DNA of 64,000 bases, taken from sequence record DRR723986_1312; one strand, written 5' to 3'. The translations under genes and the position numbers were made by a program. Shown in pieces: positions 58,100 through 64,000 of the stretch. The notes beneath the pieces are model-generated. The model was given only the letters and a program-made list of their open reading frames with translations. It had not been told where the DNA came from and made no database searches. The stretch's first letter is position 1. Each line of letters opens with the position of its first letter.

Positions 58100-60010
58100 A
58101 TGAAAAGAAGGGAATTTATCCATACTACAGCATTGACTGGTATCGGTCTATCGCTGCCATTTGCTAATCTTTTTGCCAAAGGGGATCCTGTCACTTTTCA
58201 CTCAGAAGAATATAGAGATTTGGTTTTTAGTCTTTTAAAGGATTGGTGTGATGGAATGATTAAGGTTCAAATTTTGAATCCTTCTGATCCTAAAGTTCAC
58301 GGTTTGCTGGATTGCCCAGCTTGCGAAACCATACACGGAAGGGTGTCTGATGCTGTTTACCCTTTTTTCTATATGGCTGAGGCAACTGGAGAAAAGAAAT
58401 ACCTGGATGCGGGGATTGCCGTGTTTGAATGGAGTCAAAATGTATCCCAACCTGATGGCAGTTGGACAAATGATGTAAATCCCAATTCTTGGAATGGGAC
58501 TACCGTATTTGGTGCAATAGCGCTGGCGGAGACTCTGAAATACCATGGGGATTTGCTGGAAGCCGACCGTCGCCAGAATTGGATTGATCGCCTTGGCGAG
58601 GCGGCAGAATTCATTTATAGGAAATTTCCTGCCATCGATGCCACTAACGTGAACTACGGAGCGACCAATAGTTATGCGATGAACCTGATTGGGAATTTGC
58701 TGGATGAGCCCAAGTACATAGCCCTCAGTAAAAAACTTGCTGCGGAGGTCAAAAAGTATTTTACTGCTCCCAATTCATTATTGTATGGGGAGATAAAACC
58801 TTCTGCTCACAAACTAAGTGAAAAAGGGCTTCCAGGAGTGGATTTAGGCTATAATATAGAAGAGTCCCTCAATAGTTTGGCCTTATATGCTTTACATGAA
58901 AAGGATGAGGAATTGCTGGATTTGGTGCAAAAGTCTTTGGAAAGTCATATGGAGTTTATGTTACCAGATGGAGGTTTTGACAACAGCTGGGGCACACGAA
59001 TGTTTAAATGGACCTATTGGGGCAGTCGAACCTGTGATGGTTGCCAACCCGCATTAAGTTTGATGGCTGGTTATAATCCAGCTTTTGGGACCGCAGCATT
59101 CAAAAACACCGAATTACTCAAACGATGTACGGCTGATGGATTACTTCACGGTGGTCCACATTACCTTTCACATGGAATCAAACCTTGCGTCCATCACACA
59201 TTTGCCCATGCCAAATCACTGGCGGTGATCTTGGATCATTGGGATCAAGTGCCTGCAATAAATCAATCGATTCTGCTCCCAAGAGCTCAATCTGATGGGC
59301 TAAGATATTTTGAAGAATTGGATACAGTCCTATTTTCAAGGGGAGATTGGAGGGGAACTGTTTCTGCCTATGATGCTGAGTATTATCCTAAAATGGATCT
59401 CCGGCAAGCAACAGGCAATTCTTTAGGAATGCTTTATCATAATAAAGTAGGCTTGCTTTGTGCTGCAAGTTTGGCTGTTTATAGATTGATGGAGCCTTTA
59501 AATCAGCAGGATGCTCCCGGAAAAGACATTGCCCTTACACCTCGCTTGGAGACTTTTCAGGAAGGTGAATGGTTTACCAATCTTTATGATTTGCCAGCCT
59601 CTTTTTCTACAGAAGATCAAAATGGTGAAATCCGCATATGGGGAGATGTTAAGTTAAAAAATGAAGCCAGGGAGATTTTACAAGGCTCCGCCTCTGACTT
59701 TAGGATCACCTATCTCTGTTCAGAGAAGGGCATTCAGATCAAGGCAGAAACTAGGCAAGCATTGAAGCACCAAACCTCATTTACAATCCCTATTATTTCC
59801 AAAAATAATGAGCCAGTCGAACAGCCAGAGGATCATGTGATCATCATTACCAAACCTGAGGGCAAAGTAAAAATTGAAGCAAATCTCCCGCTGACCATTA
59901 TAGAAACAGAGAAAGGCAGGACTTTCAATATGGTTCCAGGAGTAGAAGCCCTGCCGATCAAAGCAGACTTTGTCACAGGAGCTGTGGAGTTGACGATCAC
60001 CGTAATTTGA
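58100..60010 (+). CDS. Tat-exported helical-barrel protein, PL37 / ulvan oligosaccharide dehydratase (P29_PDnc)-like
   Basis: Twin-Arg signal MKRREFI, CPAC..IHGR, DLGYNIEESL, DNSWGTRMFKWTYWGSRTCDG and PCVHHTF. The resemblance to F. agariphila P29 is from recall and needs a search. Confidence 0.7.
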   Translation: MKRREFIHTTALTGIGLSLPFANLFAKGDPVTFHSEEYRDLVFSLLKDWCDGMIKVQILNPSDPKVHGLLDCPACETIHGRVSDAVYPFFYMAEATGEKKYLDAGIAVFEWSQNVSQPDGSWTNDVNPNSWNGTTVFGAIALAETLKYHGDLLEADRRQNWIDRLGEAAEFIYRKFPAIDATNVNYGATNSYAMNLIGNLLDEPKYIALSKKLAAEVKKYFTAPNSLLYGEIKPSAHKLSEKGLPGVDLGYNIEESLNSLALYALHEKDEELLDLVQKSLESHMEFMLPDGGFDNSWGTRMFKWTYWGSRTCDGCQPALSLMAGYNPAFGTAAFKNTELLKRCTADGLLHGGPHYLSHGIKPCVHHTFAHAKSLAVILDHWDQVPAINQSILLPRAQSDGLRYFEELDTVLFSRGDWRGTVSAYDAEYYPKMDLRQATGNSLGMLYHNKVGLLCAASLAVYRLMEPLNQQDAPGKDIALTPRLETFQEGEWFTNLYDLPASFSTEDQNGEIRIWGDVKLKNEAREILQGSASDFRITYLCSEKGIQIKAETRQALKHQTSFTIPIISKNNEPVEQPEDHVIIITKPEGKVKIEANLPLTIIETEKGRTFNMVPGVEALPIKADFVTGAVELTITVI

Positions 60011-60036
60011 ATTATTTGACTGGCAAGTTATAGCGC

Positions 60037-61719
60037 GTGATGATGCGAAAGATTTACATAAAACTAGGTGCCTTGATCTGTTTCTTCTTGATGGCTGTGA
60101 CAGGCCCTCTGAAGGCACAGCAGGCAAAGAACGTTCTGATTTTTTTGGTGGATGACTTTAGGTCTAAGCTTAGCAGCGGCGAGAATACATTTATTACAAA
60201 AATCTTAGCTGTTTTGGTTTCATCCTTATTAATCTTCTCCTGTACTGAAAAGAAAGAGGAAAGACCCAATATCATCTTGATAATGGGAGACGATATTGGT
60301 ATTTCGGACATTGGCCCTTATGGGGGAGAGATCGAAACCCCAAACCTTGATCGTTTGGCAGAGGGAGGATTGAGGTTCACCACTTTTTACAATATGGCCA
60401 AGTGCAATCCCACTAGATCGTCGCTGCTAACTGGCCTGTATACTGGGGGAAATGGCGCTGTACACCTGGCAAATTTGACCAAAAACGCAGGCTACTCGAA
60501 TATTATGAGTGGAAAAGAACACTTTGATCCATGGGTGCCTGAGTACTGTAAGGCAGAGAATGTATTCGACCATTCATTTTATTTTTGGGCGACTACAGAA
60601 TACTTCTTGCCTCCTTCCGGGGAATTTGAGGAACCGTTTTTTCTTGAAGGAAGGGAATTGAAGGCGACTGAAATTGAATATGAAAAGTCGCCGATGTATA
60701 AGACGGATTTCATCACGGACTATGCTTTGAAATGGTTAAAGGAATCATTTCAACAGGATGATCCATTCTTTCTATACCTACCTTACCATGCAGCCCACTT
60801 TCCACTTCAGGCTCGACCTGAGGATATTGAGAAGTATAGGGGGAAATATCGTGTGGGTTGGGATAAGCTTCGACAGGATCGTTTTGAGCGGATGCAAAAA
60901 TTGGGAGTGCTTCCAAAGTCTGCAAAATTAAGTCCGCCGGAGGATAATTTGAACAAAGCTCGTGGACCGTTCATCTCCGATTATACAGATTATTACCCAT
61001 GGGATAACTTGTCTGAAGGGCAAAAAGACTCACTGGATCTTGAAATGGCGGTGTATGCTGCAATGGTTGACCGCATGGATCAAAATATCGGACGTGTTTT
61101 GAAGATGCTCGAGGAGCATGGGAAGTTGGAAAACACATTGATCATGTATTTGAATGATAATGGATCCTGTCCCTTTTACACAAACAAGATTCCGAATGTA
61201 CAGCCAGGGCCTGCCGACTCCTACTGGAGTTTGCGTACCTCCTGGGCGAACTTAGGAAACACTCCCTATCGACAATACAAGCAATGCGGCCATGAAGGGG
61301 GAAGCCATACACCTTTTATAGCCCATTGGCCTGGTAAGATAGCGCCCAATACCATTACCCATCAGCCCGGACATGTCGTAGATATGGCCCCTACATTTTT
61401 GGATTTATTGGATATACAATATCCAGACTCTATAAATGGCTATCCTACTTTACCGCTTCATGGAAGTTCGTTATTGCCTGTTTTTTTGGGAGAAGAGCGA
61501 AAGGAACCAGACTATTTTATGTCAGGCCTGGAAAAATTCAGGATGTTTAGAAGTGGAGATTACAAAATTGTCAGACTCAACGGCGGGGCTTGGGAATTAT
61601 ACAATATTAAAGATGATCCCACCGAGCTTGTGAATTTGGCTGATTCCTTACCCGATAAAGTCAATGAATTGTCAAATTATCATGCTAGCACCCAGTCGGA
61701 TAAAATCAAGAAGCCTTAG
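60037..61719 (+). CDS. S1 arylsulfatase with a chimeric, duplicated N-terminus
   Basis: RPNIILIMGDD, CNPTR, YHAAHFPL, VYAAMVDRMDQNIG and DNG. An extra signal peptide plus KNVLIFLVDD precedes the lipobox LIFSC. Confidence 0.9.
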   Translation: MMMRKIYIKLGALICFFLMAVTGPLKAQQAKNVLIFLVDDFRSKLSSGENTFITKILAVLVSSLLIFSCTEKKEERPNIILIMGDDIGISDIGPYGGEIETPNLDRLAEGGLRFTTFYNMAKCNPTRSSLLTGLYTGGNGAVHLANLTKNAGYSNIMSGKEHFDPWVPEYCKAENVFDHSFYFWATTEYFLPPSGEFEEPFFLEGRELKATEIEYEKSPMYKTDFITDYALKWLKESFQQDDPFFLYLPYHAAHFPLQARPEDIEKYRGKYRVGWDKLRQDRFERMQKLGVLPKSAKLSPPEDNLNKARGPFISDYTDYYPWDNLSEGQKDSLDLEMAVYAAMVDRMDQNIGRVLKMLEEHGKLENTLIMYLNDNGSCPFYTNKIPNVQPGPADSYWSLRTSWANLGNTPYRQYKQCGHEGGSHTPFIAHWPGKIAPNTITHQPGHVVDMAPTFLDLLDIQYPDSINGYPTLPLHGSSLLPVFLGEERKEPDYFMSGLEKFRMFRSGDYKIVRLNGGAWELYNIKDDPTELVNLADSLPDKVNELSNYHASTQSDKIKKP

Positions 61720-61748
61720 CGACTTCAATTACTCTTTCGAACCATGAG

Positions 61749-63266
61749 ATGAATAAGATAATACGAGTACTTCTGTTTTGCCTTTTTATGTGTCTGCTGT
61801 CCGATTCGATAGCGCAAACAAGCGACGGGCCTTCTGATAAGCCCAATGTCCTGTTTATCTCCGTTGATGACCTAAACAATTGGATTGGGGTGCTCAATAA
61901 TTACTCTGATACCAAAACTCCCAATATTGATAAATTAGCAGCCAAAGGTGTATTATTTTCAAATGCACATAGCCAAGCTCCTCTGTGCGGCCCTTCACGG
62001 GCTTCGATCATGACGGGACTGCGTCCCTCGACTACGGGTATCTATGGGATGATCAGTGACGAAAAAATCAGATCTGAAAATCCGACGACCTCAGAAGTAA
62101 CTTTTCTCCCAGAGTATTTCAAGGAGAACGGATATTATACCATGGGAATTGGAAAGCTGTTTCATGACCATGCCCCAGAAGGACTTTTTGATGAGTCGGG
62201 AGGAAGGGAAAAAGGTTTTGGACCTTTGCCTGATGAGCGATATGTGTGGGACGGTTATGGTACTTCAGATCGCAAAAACTATGGACGTACCAGTACCGAT
62301 TGGGGAGCTTTTCCCGAGTACGATTCTCTGATGCCGGATCATCAGTCGGTGGACTGGGTGATCGAACGATTAAACAAGGAATATGACAAGCCCTTCTTTA
62401 TGGGCTTGGGATTTTTGAGACCACATGTACCGCTCTATGTACCCCAAAAGTGGTTTGATCTGCACCCTTTGAGTGAAATTCAAGTGGCTCCTTACTTGTC
62501 TGATGATCTCAATGATATTCCAGAAGTTGGACTTAAGATCAATGATTTGCCCATGATGCCCTCTACCGAGTGGGCGATTGAATCCGGTGAATGGAAGAAA
62601 ATAATCCAAGCCTACTTGGCATGTGTCAGTTTTGTAGACTACGAGATCGGACGGGTAATGGATGCTTTAGAAAAAAGCGGGCATGCTGATAATACCGTGA
62701 TTGTCCTGTGTTCAGACCATGGATATAGACTGGGGGAGAAAGGGACTTTTGCCAAGCATGGCTTATGGGAATCTGCCACCAAAGCCCCGTTGCTCTTTGT
62801 CGCACCAACTCTACCAAAGGGAAAAGTAATCGACTCTCCTGCTGAGATGCTCTCGATCTATCCGACGCTCTTGGAACTATGTGGTCTGCCGTCATATGAT
62901 AAGAATGAGGGGAAAAGTCTGGTGTCAACCATGCAAGGAAAAAGTCATGAGAAAAAGGCATTTGCCCTTACAACCTATGGAATGAATAACCATGGAGTCA
63001 AGGCTGATGGTTTTCGGTACATTCAATATGAAGATGGGACTGAAGAATTGTACGACCATACGATTGATCCCTATGAATTTTCTAATCTCGCAGGTAACCC
63101 AACCTATGCAAAGAAAATCAGGAAAATGAAGAAGCTATTGCCAAAGTACAATTCCACCTGGGACCCGAACTCTTCCTATACTTTTCAGCCCTATTTCGTG
63201 GAGCAAAAAGCCCGGACCAGCGGCAAAGATGGCAAGACAGTGAAGGTGATAGGAGCTGATAGGTAG
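61749..63266 (+). CDS. S1 sulfatase (iduronate-2-sulfatase/S1_7-like)
   Basis: Signal peptide, KPNVLFISVDDL, CGPSR, GKLFH, RPHVP and SDHG..LGEK. Confidence 0.93.
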   Translation: MNKIIRVLLFCLFMCLLSDSIAQTSDGPSDKPNVLFISVDDLNNWIGVLNNYSDTKTPNIDKLAAKGVLFSNAHSQAPLCGPSRASIMTGLRPSTTGIYGMISDEKIRSENPTTSEVTFLPEYFKENGYYTMGIGKLFHDHAPEGLFDESGGREKGFGPLPDERYVWDGYGTSDRKNYGRTSTDWGAFPEYDSLMPDHQSVDWVIERLNKEYDKPFFMGLGFLRPHVPLYVPQKWFDLHPLSEIQVAPYLSDDLNDIPEVGLKINDLPMMPSTEWAIESGEWKKIIQAYLACVSFVDYEIGRVMDALEKSGHADNTVIVLCSDHGYRLGEKGTFAKHGLWESATKAPLLFVAPTLPKGKVIDSPAEMLSIYPTLLELCGLPSYDKNEGKSLVSTMQGKSHEKKAFALTTYGMNNHGVKADGFRYIQYEDGTEELYDHTIDPYEFSNLAGNPTYAKKIRKMKKLLPKYNSTWDPNSSYTFQPYFVEQKARTSGKDGKTVKVIGADR

Positions 63267-63581
63267 GGGATTCCTACTCTTGATTATTTTAGTTTAGTTG
63301 GATAGCATTTGAAATACCTAAATTTGCCCACCGCCTATGCCCTAAAGTATAGGATGAAAAAGGATGCAATTCAACTGAGAAATAGCGCAAGGCTAGAGCT
63401 ATGGGTATTAACATGGCATAATAGATAGGGTTTGATGTTAGAAAAGTAAAGGCATATGTCTGGGTTTTTTTTAACTTCAAACTTTAGGTCTTTCCACAGA
63501 AAAAATACCTGGAGTTCTCATGCTGTCCTTGAGGGATTTAGCAAATACATAAGCCATTTAAACCTAATAACTTAACCCAAG

Positions 63582-64000
63582 ATGAAAATCAAATTTTTAC
63601 TTACGATGACCATTGCCCTAGTGCAATTATCATTTCAAACTATTGCTGGAGATAATCCTGGAAAACTTACAGATCGATTTGATATTAAAAAAGACTTGTT
63701 GTTGCTTCAACTTGATTGCAAAACTGATGTAGACGATCTGCATACCCTTGCAGCTTTTATGACTTTGGTTGCGAATAAGGACTACTCCAAGCTCAACTTT
63801 TATCCCATTGCCGGTACCTATGGAATTCAGAAAGGGCTTTATGTTCCACCAAATGATTTGTTTAATCTAGCCTTCGGGAAAAATTGGTCAGACGCTGATG
63901 CGGACTTCAATCAGGCTATCAAAGAAACGATGATTCAGGTAAAAGCTGTTCTTTCTAAGCAAGGAGATATTTGGATAGCTGAGGCAGGCCAGTCCGATTT
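63582..64000 (+). CDS. Secreted hypothetical protein with a nucleoside-hydrolase-like Asp motif; runs off the window end (not in the ORF track)
   Basis: Open frame from ATG 63582 to the window end: MKIKFLLTMTIALVQLSFQTIAG...LLLLQLDCKTDVDDLH...IAGTYG...IWIAEAGQSD. Confidence 0.8.
   Translation, partial: MKIKFLLTMTIALVQLSFQTIAGDNPGKLTDRFDIKKDLLLLQLDCKTDVDDLHTLAAFMTLVANKDYSKLNFYPIAGTYGIQKGLYVPPNDLFNLAFGKNWSDADADFNQAIKETMIQVKAVLSKQGDIWIAEAGQSD

Noticed and set aside
777-62961. Many short ORFs in the track nested in or antisense to long genes (e.g. 9131-9634, 38692-39132, 54995-55453)
   Set aside because: They have no recognisable motifs and are shadows of well-supported CDSs.
63289-63480. 63-aa minus-strand ORF between the last sulfatase and the terminal ORF
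   Set aside because: TTG start, no motif, and opposite to the PUL orientation. Probably spurious.

Overview
This is a 64 kb chromosomal window from an AT-rich Bacteroidota genome. The gene content and intergenic style suggest Cyclobacteriaceae (Algoriphagus-like), which is an inference. The left part (1-35.8 kb) holds housekeeping and accessory genes: rnhB, a GH63-like glucosidase, a BlaI/BlaR1(M56) pair with two TACAnnTGTA operators, a PlcP-like phosphoesterase with a glycosyltransferase, and an S9 peptidase. It continues with sugar catabolism genes (eda, ROK kinase, NagB-deacetylase fusion, gluconokinase, galM), a putative peptidoglycan-recycling cluster opposite a DeoR regulator, a Cys-rich metal-uptake trio, a diheme cytochrome c, a Zn metalloprotease and a GH43. 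A frameshifted LysR remnant precedes the right part (36.4-64 kb), a co-directional sulfated-polysaccharide utilisation locus (PUL) that runs off the window. The PUL contains an HTCS, SusC/SusD, a fasciclin lipoprotein, GH5, GH3, a sulfatase-GH78 fusion, three more sulfatases, a PL37/dehydratase-like protein and two nucleoside-hydrolase-fold unknowns, and is probably ulvan-related. The most notable unannotated signals are: (1) a duplicated 97-bp structured leader with compensatory base changes and an overlapping 31-codon uORF in front of susD and the fasciclin gene; (2) a three-copy HTCS-type operator/promoter motif; (3) a sulfatase with two stacked N-termini; (4) two dispersed intergenic repeat families. 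No rRNA, tRNA, CRISPR array or intact transposase was seen. Family assignments come from motif recognition and recall, not database searches.
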